DNA of 64,000 bases from Pseudomonadota bacterium. Its GTDB lineage: Bacteria; Bdellovibrionota; Bdellovibrionia; Bdellovibrionales; Bdellovibrionaceae. A program made the translations under genes and the position numbers. Position 1 is the first letter of the stretch. Every line of letters starts with the position of its first letter. A model generated the notes under the pieces. The model was not told the DNA's origin. It ran no database searches and was given only the letters and a program-made list of their open reading frames with translations. Shown piece after piece: positions 1 to 8,945 of this stretch. The DNA lies in NCBI GenBank assembly GCA_041178425.1, contig JBEGVH010000021.1, positions 1 to 64,000 of the forward strand. Reading direction: 5' to 3'.

Positions 1-2
1 AG

Positions 3-1478
3 CGAATACCAATCTTCGAGGTTGTTCTAACCGCTGGCCAGGGTGCCCCTCTTCATATGAAAGAGTGGCCTACTAATATTACCAGCCGCTTTCTCGAGAT
101 GCCCACGGGATCGGTGGAAGAAACCCTCTTTACCACCTTTCTTGAAGTGTTGCCAAAACACGAGCACGCTGTGGCTCTCTCTTATATGCTGAGCCTCGCA
201 AAAGAAGAAAACGGTGGCAGCACAGCCCAACTCTTTGAAGTGTTTGGTACCGTGGGTATCAAGTTCGGACAACTGGCATCTATTTGGAAGCTCTTCGGAG
301 AGAAGGTTGCTAAAGACGCCGAACATTTGAAAAATCATGCTAAGGCACTAAGTCGCTATGAAGTGATGACTTTAGCGTTTAGTCGACACCACGAGGTGAA
401 ACCTCTAATTCAAGAATTTGAGAAGATCCTTGGTAGTGCGAGCATTAAAACAACGACCCGAGTTCGTTTTAAGGATGGCACGGTGGGTGTTCTCGCCTTG
501 CAGGGTCGGCACGTGAAAGAAATCCTCGCAATGAACATCGATCTCGGTAAAAAATACCTCGCGAAGCTCAAAGAAAAGGGTGTCATACAAAATTCGAAAT
601 TTATGATGAACCTTGTTGAAGCTCTCGAAGAACAGATTTTGGGCGAGCTCGATATGAAAGCTGAAACGGAGAAAATGAAGCGTGCCAACGAGATCCTAGG
701 GCAACTCAATAAAGAAATGAATTCGGATTTAAAGGGCTGGACTATGTCGGTGCCACAACCTCTGCCGGGTAAACCTCTTACCAATGAATTGGCATTCTAT
801 GATCTAGCAAAGTCAAAGGCTTTCGACCAACTCACTCCAGATGTAAAAGCTAGTATTGGACCGATGATCGTGAAGGCCAGCTTGAAGTCACTCTTTCGTC
901 ATGGATGGTTCGATCCAGATCGTCACACCGGAAACTTCCTTATTGACGAAGAAACAAAAACAATCCACTTTTTGGACTTCGGGCAATTTGAGAGTTTTTC
1001 AAAATCATCAAACCCCTTCAAAGCCGACCCTCGCCTAGTCATCGCTCAGTTTATTAAATCACTTTCAGAACTCAATGCCCACGCCGTCATTCACTATGCC
1101 CGCCAAATGGTTCGCCCTGGTTCAGAATCGGAAATTGATGAACCACGCCTTAGAGGCCGTGTTGAAGCTCTCTTTGCCATGGCGAAAAGGAATAAAACCC
1201 CGGATTTAAAAACTCTTATGGTTGACGTCATTAACGAGATTGCCGATAGCGGACTAAAATTTGATACACGCTATATTTTTGGCGGACTCAAAGGGCTTAT
1301 CGTTCTTTATGGCGAAAATTATGTAGACCCCAAAGACTTTGAATCGCTTCTGCGAACAGAGCTAAAGAGCCTTTTTATTAACAAAGCGCCGGTGGTTCTT
1401 ACAGAATCTTTATTCACCAAAAAGTCTGCGCCACTATCACGAAGCTATCGATGTCAGCAGGCTCTAATGGTCCACTGA
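3..1478 (+). CDS. ABC1/AarF/UbiB-family atypical kinase domain protein, 5'-truncated by the window edge
   Basis: Frame is open from position 3. UbiB motifs GIKFGQLAS (KxGQ), LGSASI, ELDMKAE, DPDRHTGNF and FLDFGQ. Confidence 0.8.
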   Translation, partial: RIPIFEVVLTAGQGAPLHMKEWPTNITSRFLEMPTGSVEETLFTTFLEVLPKHEHAVALSYMLSLAKEENGGSTAQLFEVFGTVGIKFGQLASIWKLFGEKVAKDAEHLKNHAKALSRYEVMTLAFSRHHEVKPLIQEFEKILGSASIKTTTRVRFKDGTVGVLALQGRHVKEILAMNIDLGKKYLAKLKEKGVIQNSKFMMNLVEALEEQILGELDMKAETEKMKRANEILGQLNKEMNSDLKGWTMSVPQPLPGKPLTNELAFYDLAKSKAFDQLTPDVKASIGPMIVKASLKSLFRHGWFDPDRHTGNFLIDEETKTIHFLDFGQFESFSKSSNPFKADPRLVIAQFIKSLSELNAHAVIHYARQMVRPGSESEIDEPRLRGRVEALFAMAKRNKTPDLKTLMVDVINEIADSGLKFDTRYIFGGLKGLIVLYGENYVDPKDFESLLRTELKSLFINKAPVVLTESLFTKKSAPLSRSYRCQQALMVH

Positions 1479-1486
1479 TTGGCAGT

Positions 1487-1515
1487 AAGTCCCTTCTAGC
1501 ACTCGGAAGGGACTT
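1487..1515. terminator. Hairpin between convergent genes, probable intrinsic terminator
   Basis: Perfect 10-bp inverted repeat AAGTCCCTTC / GAAGGGACTT just after the stop at 1478. Confidence 0.6.
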
Positions 1516-1569
1516 CATCTTTCTCACTGTTCGCATTCTGGCTCGTCCAGCGATTGGCATGGATCATCG

Positions 1570-2721
1570 TCATTGAAATAAAGCCGCCTTAAGCTTGGCA
1601 TCATCTAATTTCCAGAGCACATTATCGATAAAATAATGGTGAATATTCAAAAAAATTCCAAAGAGAACAAAGTAGACCCAAAATCCATAGGTATTTATGG
1701 TATCAAACTTCGTATCTAGCAATGAAGGAATAAACTCAAAGAATAAAAAACCGGCGATGATGAGTCCTAAGACGACTAAGGTTCGGTATGAAACCTGTCG
1801 CGAGCGTTCCATTTGGCTGGAATGGAACCACTCCACTCTCTCGATAAAAACTAGGTATTGTAAACAATGAAAAAACGGCACGGCGTTTCGATAGTATTCG
1901 GTTTGGTGAAATAATGGAAGCCACCAAACATACATAGCAACAAAGGGCACCAGCATGTTAGCGCTCGGCCATTGACGCTTCTCTTTTTTGTTCTTCAAAA
2001 AAACAAAATAACAAACTAACCCGAGGGTTATTAGCAAATAAACCCAAGAGAGTTCTTTCCAAGAGCTCGGGATGTTCAGGGTGTAATAATCGGCTTCAAA
2101 ATAAGTGCGATACTCAAATCCGATATTGTTTGTTACAAACGATAAAAACCAGATTCCGTAAAGATTCCAACGAATCAATCGGCGTTGCAGATTCGAGAGT
2201 GTGTAGCCATCGAAACGAGCATAAACCATCATGCAACCATAGATCTGCTTGGTGTAATGCCAACCAACCGTTAAATACATAATGTTGATTAAAATATTAA
2301 TGTACTCGGTTCCTATGTTGGGATTAACACCTATCAATGTCTCAATTCCAAAAAACGAAAAAACAGAATTCATGGTATCCGTAAATCGAAGTTCCTTCGA
2401 AGGAGTTGAAAAATGCCAAACCCCGTACCCCATAAAAAGAAAAAGGGCCATCGGAACGGCCATTAATTGAAACCAGTTTCTTTTTACAAACCGTGATCCT
2501 CCTCCATAGGCTAATTTGTAGCTTGCTAAAAAGTGCGGATAATTTACCAAAAGGGCCAAGGTGTTAAAAAGGGCATAGCTATTTTGGAGATGGTGAGATA
2601 CCGCCCATGATTGATCTCGGAACAAACTACCCACAAACATAACAAGCCAAACAAGAAGACTCGCGCCCCCAAGTAGCCAAAAATCTGCCACTCGATTGGT
2701 GAGTGCTTTATCATTCGCCAC
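1570..2721 (-). CDS. Polytopic membrane protein with His motifs, function unknown
   Basis: 383 aa with many hydrophobic segments and motifs NYPHF, GWHY, FHCLQYL and HHYFID. Confidence 0.75.
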   Translation of the reverse strand: MANDKALTNRVADFWLLGGASLLVWLVMFVGSLFRDQSWAVSHHLQNSYALFNTLALLVNYPHFLASYKLAYGGGSRFVKRNWFQLMAVPMALFLFMGYGVWHFSTPSKELRFTDTMNSVFSFFGIETLIGVNPNIGTEYINILINIMYLTVGWHYTKQIYGCMMVYARFDGYTLSNLQRRLIRWNLYGIWFLSFVTNNIGFEYRTYFEADYYTLNIPSSWKELSWVYLLITLGLVCYFVFLKNKKEKRQWPSANMLVPFVAMYVWWLPLFHQTEYYRNAVPFFHCLQYLVFIERVEWFHSSQMERSRQVSYRTLVVLGLIIAGFLFFEFIPSLLDTKFDTINTYGFWVYFVLFGIFLNIHHYFIDNVLWKLDDAKLKAALFQ

Positions 2722-3076
2722 AAAAAATCCCTTTTTTGAGAATGTCTTTTACCCGAGTGAGCCATCTTCAAACTCCAAAGATATTTCCGTAAGACTTCAG
2801 ACAAGCGGTGCGCTCCTGCGGTTGCGCTCCAAACTCATTTTTTGGAAACATCTATGGAGTTTCATTAGGCGCTCTCAGTTAAGGGTATTTTAAAAAGTCA
2901 TTTGTGGCTAGAAAAGTTGTTTCAATTTAAGATGGTTTTTTCCCATTTTGAGTCAAACCATTTAATTCCTGATGGGGAGATAATCTCCTTTTGGCACAAA
3001 CAAGGCGATCAATCAGTCCTGAGTTGTCATGCGCTCCTCTGAAGATGAAGTTTTTTTCGCTACGCGGGAACTCCGC

Positions 3077-3104
3077 TTTAGTGTCTTCTTTGCACTGCCG
3101 ATGA
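3077..3104 (+). promoter_or_regulatory. Putative sigma28 (FliA) promoter of fibre gene 1
   Basis: TTTAG-N15-GCCGATGA, 9 nt upstream of ATG 3114. Confidence 0.6.
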
Positions 3105-3113
3105 GTAGATAAG

Positions 3114-6100
3114 ATGTTGAAACTTTGGAGCTTTATAATTTTTTGTGTGAGTCTTTTGGGGCAGCCTTGGGCCGATGCTGTCACTCACGCAGTGACTTAT
3201 CAAGGCCGAATTATAAAACCCGATGGCCTTCCACTCGTTTCGGAATCGGTCAATTTTGCATTGAGAATTATCGTTCCAAACAAAAATTGTTCAGTTTACA
3301 TAGAAACCCAAAACTCTGTTCCTATGACGAATATCGACGGATCCTTCCTCCTGCAACTCGGTAAAGGAACAAGGGTGGGTAGTAGCCCTGTCGACTTCGC
3401 CGATATTTTTTCTCCAAGCCTTAGCATTCCCGCCGGCACCACCGAGTGCTTAAATGGTTATACGAAGATCCCAGGCGATTCGTTTCAATTGCAAGTCTCT
3501 TTCGACGATGGGAGTGGTGGGCAGACCCTTGCAGGCATTGATATCACAGCGGTTCCTCTTGCTTTCGAAAGCCTGAACGTTGGCGGAACTCCTTCGACCA
3601 GCGTCTTGAGAGTAAATGGGTCATCAACTCCTCCACTCACGCATTCAAAATACCAAGAGCTCCTCGCTCTTCTTGATGGAACATCGAATCAATACCAAAA
3701 AACGTCGGGAGCCCCATTTGCTACTTCGGCTTTGCAGTTGAATGGAAGTACGTCGGGTCAAATCATTCTGAAGGCTCCCTCCGCTGCAGGCAATGTGACC
3801 TGGACTCTCCCTGGCTCCGATGGCCTTTCGGGTCAGGTATTACAAACCAATGGAAGCGGAATTCTCACATGGGCCACACCGGTTAGCGGTGCAAGCGGTA
3901 CACTGAGCGGTATCAGTTCGGCGGGAGCGCCCATTGTGATTGGTGGCACGGCGAGTCAGCCCTCCGTTGGAATCACTCAGGCAAACACAACAACCAGCGG
4001 GTATCTTGCTTCTGCCGATTGGAACAGCTTCAATAATAAAATGGATGTCTCTACGTTTAATAGCGCAGTGAGTGGTGCCACTTGCTCTGCGGCTCAAGCA
4101 ATGTATTGGAATTCGATCACAAGTGCCTTTGCTTGCGCAAGCATAGCCATCCCATCGACACAAGTGAGTGGCTTAGTGACGTCGGCCACGACTGACACCA
4201 CGAATGCCACCAACATTACAAGCGGAACCCTCTCAACGGCCCGCCTCCCCGCCAACGTGGGCATTGGCACCACCAGCCCGCAAGGTGGGCTTCACGTGGT
4301 CACAAACGCCTCAACAAACCTTAGTGCTCTCCAAACGGGTGTTCATGTGGGAGTCACCACCATAGCCTCCCAAGACTATGCCTATCTTTCATTGGTGGGC
4401 CACGCTCCTACTGGCGGATCATTTATTGATTTTCACGATGCACAAAACGATGGAGATGCCGATTTTAGATTGCGCACCAACGGACCAACACTTCAGCTGT
4501 TCACTTCTAACAATTCTGGAACCCTCGGTGCGTCTCCGATGATGACCTTTCTTGGCAATGGCAACATCGGCATTGGAAACACGAACCCCAGCAACAAGCT
4601 GGAGGTTGCTGGCAACGTGAATGCCACGGGCTTCACCATCAACGGAGTCCCTGTCGCCACGTCAACGAGCACCTATTGGTCTCAATCAGGATCAAATGTG
4701 TATTACACTTCAGGGAATGTAGCTGTGGGCACGACAAGCCCCACAGCAAAGTTTCAGGTGGAGTCGACCGCGGCGGGAAATGTTGGGGGTGATGCAACTA
4801 ATTCAATCTATCCCGCGCGTATCACTGATTCACCTGCAGGTGGCGCTGGTAATTTTAATATCCTTGACCTTCGTTTCGATCAAACTTTAGGGGCCGCTGC
4901 CAACTCTTTTGGAAATCTCTCTTTCTCTGCCAAAGAAACCGGAGGAGCGTTTTACAACATAGCCATGGTGGGTGCTCCCATTACCAGTGGTTCCGGCAAT
5001 GCTCTTGCGGGGGGGCTTGCGTTTAGCACAAAAAACGTGAATGGTAATATCACCGAAAAAATGCGCATTGACAGCAGCGGCAACGTTGGGATCGGAACTA
5101 CGAGCCCTACGAATAAACTGCAAGTCACTGGCAATATCGTGCAATACGGTGGCAGCGCCAATTCATTCACCGGCGTCGTGGCTAGAAATGGAACTGGTGA
5201 TTCCGACTTTACCATCGATGGCCGTTTAATTGTCGATGGTGTGAACACCACGAAAAAGGTTCTTATTGGTTCAAATTCCAATCATCCGGTTTGGATGATT
5301 GTAAACGGCAACAGCGCCATGTCTTTGGACACCAATGGCAATGTGGGCATTGGGACTACAGCGCCGGTTTCTGCCCTTGATATTGCAAAAAGTTCCCTAA
5401 CCTACTCGGCTAACACATACAATAATTTACACATCACCAACAAAAACGACGATGTCAGGTTTTCATTCACAAAAAAAGACAACGCCACCGAATCAGGGTA
5501 TATCGAATTTGGTGGGTATAGCGCTAACACAGATCCCTACTCAGGCATCTATATGTACACACGAGCCACCAATGATGGCGTCAACGCAAGCCTAAGCACA
5601 AGATTCGCCATCTCCGAGGTAACGGGAAACATCGGTGTTGGCACGAATTCTCCCAGCGCACTCTTCCACGTCATGAATCCGAATATTTCGGCTGACACTC
5701 AATTTGCCCGATTCAGCAGCGCCGGAGGGTCTACTGGAGGTGTGGGTTATGTCACGGTGGGAGACGGTTCGACAGGAGGTCATAGCGGCTATATCGGCTG
5801 GGACTATGGAGCCAATGGTTTAGTGCTCAACTCCCACACCGCTGGCGGCAGTGTTGGTGGCCTTTTTATCAAGCGGGTTGATAATGGATTCTCTCGGGTG
5901 GGTATCGGGACAACCTCTCCCAATTACAGGCTCGATGTGGCAGGCGACATAAACACTTCGAGTTGTTTTAGGATTGGTGCCACGACCGTCAGCGGCACTT
6001 GTACGTCCGATGCCCGTTTAAAAAACAACATTGCTGACTACCAAGGTGGGCTCGACAGTCTTCTTGGTGTTAGAGTGCGTACTTATCAATTTAATGGGTT

Positions 6101-6509
6101 GGGTGAAATGCCAAAAACAGGCGAAACAGCCGTGGGGGTGATCGCGCAAGAACTTGAAACAACTAATCCTGAGCTCGTGAAGTCGAAGATGGTTCGCATG
6201 CATACAAATGACGAAACCCTGACTGAAATTAAGGTCGTCGATTACTCGAAATTTTCTTATATGCTCATCAATGCCGTCAAGCAATTGTACGCCAAGATAC
6301 TTGCCCTGGGGAATCAACAAGAAACCATCAAGCACGAATTGGCGTCAAAGGTCGATCAGTCTGAGATTAACAAGCTACGAATCGAAAATCGCGAATTGAG
6401 ACACAAACTAGAAACAACCGAACTCAAGATCGAGGATTCACTTCGTCAGAATCAGCAACTGAAGGAATACCTCTGCAGCAAAGATCCGAAGGCTCCTCTA
6501 TGCAATTAA
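3114..6509 (+). CDS. Secreted tail-fibre-like trimeric adhesin (MAT-type) with C-terminal S74 intramolecular chaperone
   Basis: Signal peptide, N-terminal TYQGRIIKPDG domain, seven xN(V/I)G(I/V)GTTxP-type junction motifs, SDARLKNNI autocleavage motif near 6006, GVIAQEL and a C-terminal coiled coil. Confidence 0.9.
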   Translation: MLKLWSFIIFCVSLLGQPWADAVTHAVTYQGRIIKPDGLPLVSESVNFALRIIVPNKNCSVYIETQNSVPMTNIDGSFLLQLGKGTRVGSSPVDFADIFSPSLSIPAGTTECLNGYTKIPGDSFQLQVSFDDGSGGQTLAGIDITAVPLAFESLNVGGTPSTSVLRVNGSSTPPLTHSKYQELLALLDGTSNQYQKTSGAPFATSALQLNGSTSGQIILKAPSAAGNVTWTLPGSDGLSGQVLQTNGSGILTWATPVSGASGTLSGISSAGAPIVIGGTASQPSVGITQANTTTSGYLASADWNSFNNKMDVSTFNSAVSGATCSAAQAMYWNSITSAFACASIAIPSTQVSGLVTSATTDTTNATNITSGTLSTARLPANVGIGTTSPQGGLHVVTNASTNLSALQTGVHVGVTTIASQDYAYLSLVGHAPTGGSFIDFHDAQNDGDADFRLRTNGPTLQLFTSNNSGTLGASPMMTFLGNGNIGIGNTNPSNKLEVAGNVNATGFTINGVPVATSTSTYWSQSGSNVYYTSGNVAVGTTSPTAKFQVESTAAGNVGGDATNSIYPARITDSPAGGAGNFNILDLRFDQTLGAAANSFGNLSFSAKETGGAFYNIAMVGAPITSGSGNALAGGLAFSTKNVNGNITEKMRIDSSGNVGIGTTSPTNKLQVTGNIVQYGGSANSFTGVVARNGTGDSDFTIDGRLIVDGVNTTKKVLIGSNSNHPVWMIVNGNSAMSLDTNGNVGIGTTAPVSALDIAKSSLTYSANTYNNLHITNKNDDVRFSFTKKDNATESGYIEFGGYSANTDPYSGIYMYTRATNDGVNASLSTRFAISEVTGNIGVGTNSPSALFHVMNPNISADTQFARFSSAGGSTGGVGYVTVGDGSTGGHSGYIGWDYGANGLVLNSHTAGGSVGGLFIKRVDNGFSRVGIGTTSPNYRLDVAGDINTSSCFRIGATTVSGTCTSDARLKNNIADYQGGLDSLLGVRVRTYQFNGLGEMPKTGETAVGVIAQELETTNPELVKSKMVRMHTNDETLTEIKVVDYSKFSYMLINAVKQLYAKILALGNQQETIKHELASKVDQSEINKLRIENRELRHKLETTELKIEDSLRQNQQLKEYLCSKDPKAPLCN

Positions 6510-6884
6510 AAAAATCCAATGTTATTTCTTTCATCTTATTCTCTAAACTTTTTGTCTTGCATCTCTCTTTTGCATTTGCAGGCCAGACCTCTTTGCCCCT
6601 TAGCGGTAGTGCCTCTGGTTTTCAAGCGACATGCAGTTTACCTTGGGGCGGAACAATCAGTGAGGCCCAAACTAAGGAAATATCTCTTCTCAACACTCCC
6701 CACTTCCGTGAGTGTAAATATGAGTGGAACTGCAACTGTGGCCTATAACCCCACCTTTTCGGTGGTGTATAATGATGGTTCTCGCTCTTATACCCAGACA
6801 TCCACATGCTCTGGTGGAACGTGGGACTATCACTACTATAACACATTTCAAGTGAGTTTTACGTGCTCCATAGCCGCTCCCTAA
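6500..6884 (+). pseudogene. Disrupted small secreted fibre-partner gene
   Basis: ORF 6500-6748 overlaps the fibre stop and has a signal peptide plus FAGQTSLPLSGSASGF and CSLPWGGTI. Protein-like sequence (TLPTSVSVNMSG...FTCSIAAP) continues in a different frame to 6884. Confidence 0.55.
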
Positions 6885-6970
6885 CAAGACAGAGATGGTC
6901 TCTGCATTTGAAATGATTATTCTAAGTACTAGTTAACGAGGTTCGTTGGAGCTTTAAAATTCAAAGAGAC

Positions 6971-7257
6971 TGACCAATCTATTTCTTAAACCAAAAGCCA
7001 TGAGTTTCTTTCAAGCGGAACTGATTGTGAGTGCGGCAAAGCAATTGAAGCGAATGAATCTCGCTCGATCCGCCTTGGCTCACCGGCGTGATATGATCGA
7101 TTTCAAGTTGATGTCGACTCGAACAACGACGACCCGTGGTTGATTGGTACTCGCAACAACCACCTGCTCTGGTAAATACTTTTCGTTTAACGTCGATTGG
7201 GATAGCCTTTCTTTTGACACTCCCCTTCTTCGCATCAGTGTCGCAGCGCCTCACTCA
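6971..7257 (-). pseudogene. Truncated HNH endonuclease copy (C-terminal domain only)
   Basis: 6971-7240 matches 24687-24956 with 11 differences in 270 bp by manual alignment. CCEY...RC...LEIDHITP...LLCRTHN motif is intact, N-terminal domain is absent. Confidence 0.85.
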
Positions 7258-7811
7258 ATCACTCCGCAAGCAGTGATAGAGCACACAAACAACCCAGTAA
7301 GAAAAAAACTCCTAACTTCGTTTTGAAAAAATTTGTTTTTTAATTCAAGCTAGAAATTTCTAATCCTAACATCGCTGTAACAAGGATGTATAACACCATC
7401 CCCAACAGGAACAACCGACGATCGAGCTTAGCGCAAATAATTTGAATAGATAACAAAATCAAAGTTGTAGTCATCTTAGGAGCCACACAACAAAGGGATC
7501 CTCCAAACACAATCTCTCATAGGCTCAACTCATAGCGATTAGACAAGTCTCACAACAGAGAGCCTAATTCAAATTGCCTTTTATTTCGATCACGAACCTT
7601 GAATAAACGTTTCCGATGTTTCTTATTTTCGATCGGCTACTCACCGCGACCTACTTTGCAGCTGCTTACCCCCATTCTCGAGCCTTTTTATCCTCCCCGT
7701 TCGTTACCAAAAGTTACCTTTAATTCTCCGCGCGTATCAAAAAAACATTTAGCCGGTTCGAACAGAAAGAAACGGTGGTTTTTACAAATCAATCAGGCTA
7801 TTCTAGATTTA

Positions 7812-8657
7812 ATGAAATTCTATATTTCAATATTATTTGTTTGTTTATTCTCAATAAAATCCCGGGGAATCAATACCCTCGCTTCGGGCTATCAGCTCCC
7901 CGCTAGCGGAAAAGTTTCAGTTCAGGGGCATGGAACCTGCCGAACCTTCACCAATGCCAACTCTACCAAAACATTTTTTATACCGACGGCAACTTCAAAC
8001 GAGTATACGAGTTTTGTTAATAATCTACCCGCTAACGTTACTGCAGCAACCTGCAAATCGTGCAATGAGATTTATACCTATAACGGTGCCGCCAATGGCA
8101 CAGGGCTCTACACAATTGATCCCGATGGGGCGGGAGCCAACGCCGCTTTTCAAGCTTATTGCGATATGACGAACGACGGAGGTGGATGGACATTACTCCT
8201 CACGTCTGCAGCCGCAGGCTGGACATCAACCACTGTGCTTTCGCTCAATGCATCGACCCCCTCGTTGACTTCAAATTACTCCATTCTCAACCAGGGTGAT
8301 TACATCAAAACCATCAGCGGCGGAAATTTTCAATACCGAATCGAAGCCAATGCTTCTCGCCGATGGGGAGGTGTCTGGACCGCGCCCCAGAGTTATTCCT
8401 TTACCTCCACAAGCAATGGTAAAACATCGATTACAATCAATACCCAGTACGATAATTGGACTTATAACGACAGTGGAATTGAGGCGCGCATGCCTTTTGT
8501 TTGTGGAGCTGGAGAAGCCGCAGCCCTCACAACTTCCTACTACTGCTCGAGTTCTTGGTGGGGAACTTTGGCGGCCTCCAGCACTGGTTACAACCCAGCT
8601 CCTTGGGACGCATCGTACATGCCAAACCCTCAAAAAATCTGGTATTGGGTGCGATGA
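7812..8657 (+). CDS. Secreted fibrinogen-like (YCDxxxxGGGW) domain protein
   Basis: Probable start ATG 7812 with signal peptide. SCNEI...GLYTIDPDG...[13 protein letters not shown] and C-terminal WYWVR. Confidence 0.85.
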   Translation: MKFYISILFVCLFSIKSRGINTLASGYQLPASGKVSVQGHGTCRTFTNANSTKTFFIPTATSNEYTSFVNNLPANVTAATCKSCNEIYTYNGAANGTGLYTIDPDGAGANAAFQAYCDMTNDGGGWTLLLTSAAAGWTSTTVLSLNASTPSLTSNYSILNQGDYIKTISGGNFQYRIEANASRRWGGVWTAPQSYSFTSTSNGKTSITINTQYDNWTYNDSGIEARMPFVCGAGEAAALTTSYYCSSSWWGTLAASSTGYNPAPWDASYMPNPQKIWYWVR

Positions 8658-8909
8658 TATCGGGCGGCGAGCGAACCCCAAAACTCCCATCACAAGCCAA
8701 TTGAAAATTTTTAGAAAGTTTGCAAAAAAACTGGCAATACATTATATGGCCATCACCCCTCTCGTTTTGAGAAAACTATTCTTCTAAGAAAGAAATTTTT
8801 TCCCATAAATGGAAAAGATATCAAATTGGCTCAATTAAGCATCACACAGGTAGTGTTAGGAATTTATTTTTTCATTAGGTTTAAATTATTCTTAGACCGT
8901 ACCAATGCC

Positions 8910-8937
8910 TTCAGCTATTTCGCAAGATCGCCGATAA
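8910..8937 (+). promoter_or_regulatory. Putative sigma28 (FliA) promoter of fibre gene 2
   Basis: TTCAG-N15-GCCGATAA (perfect -10 element), 8 nt upstream of ATG 8946. Confidence 0.7.
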
Positions 8938-8945
8938 GTAGTTGA

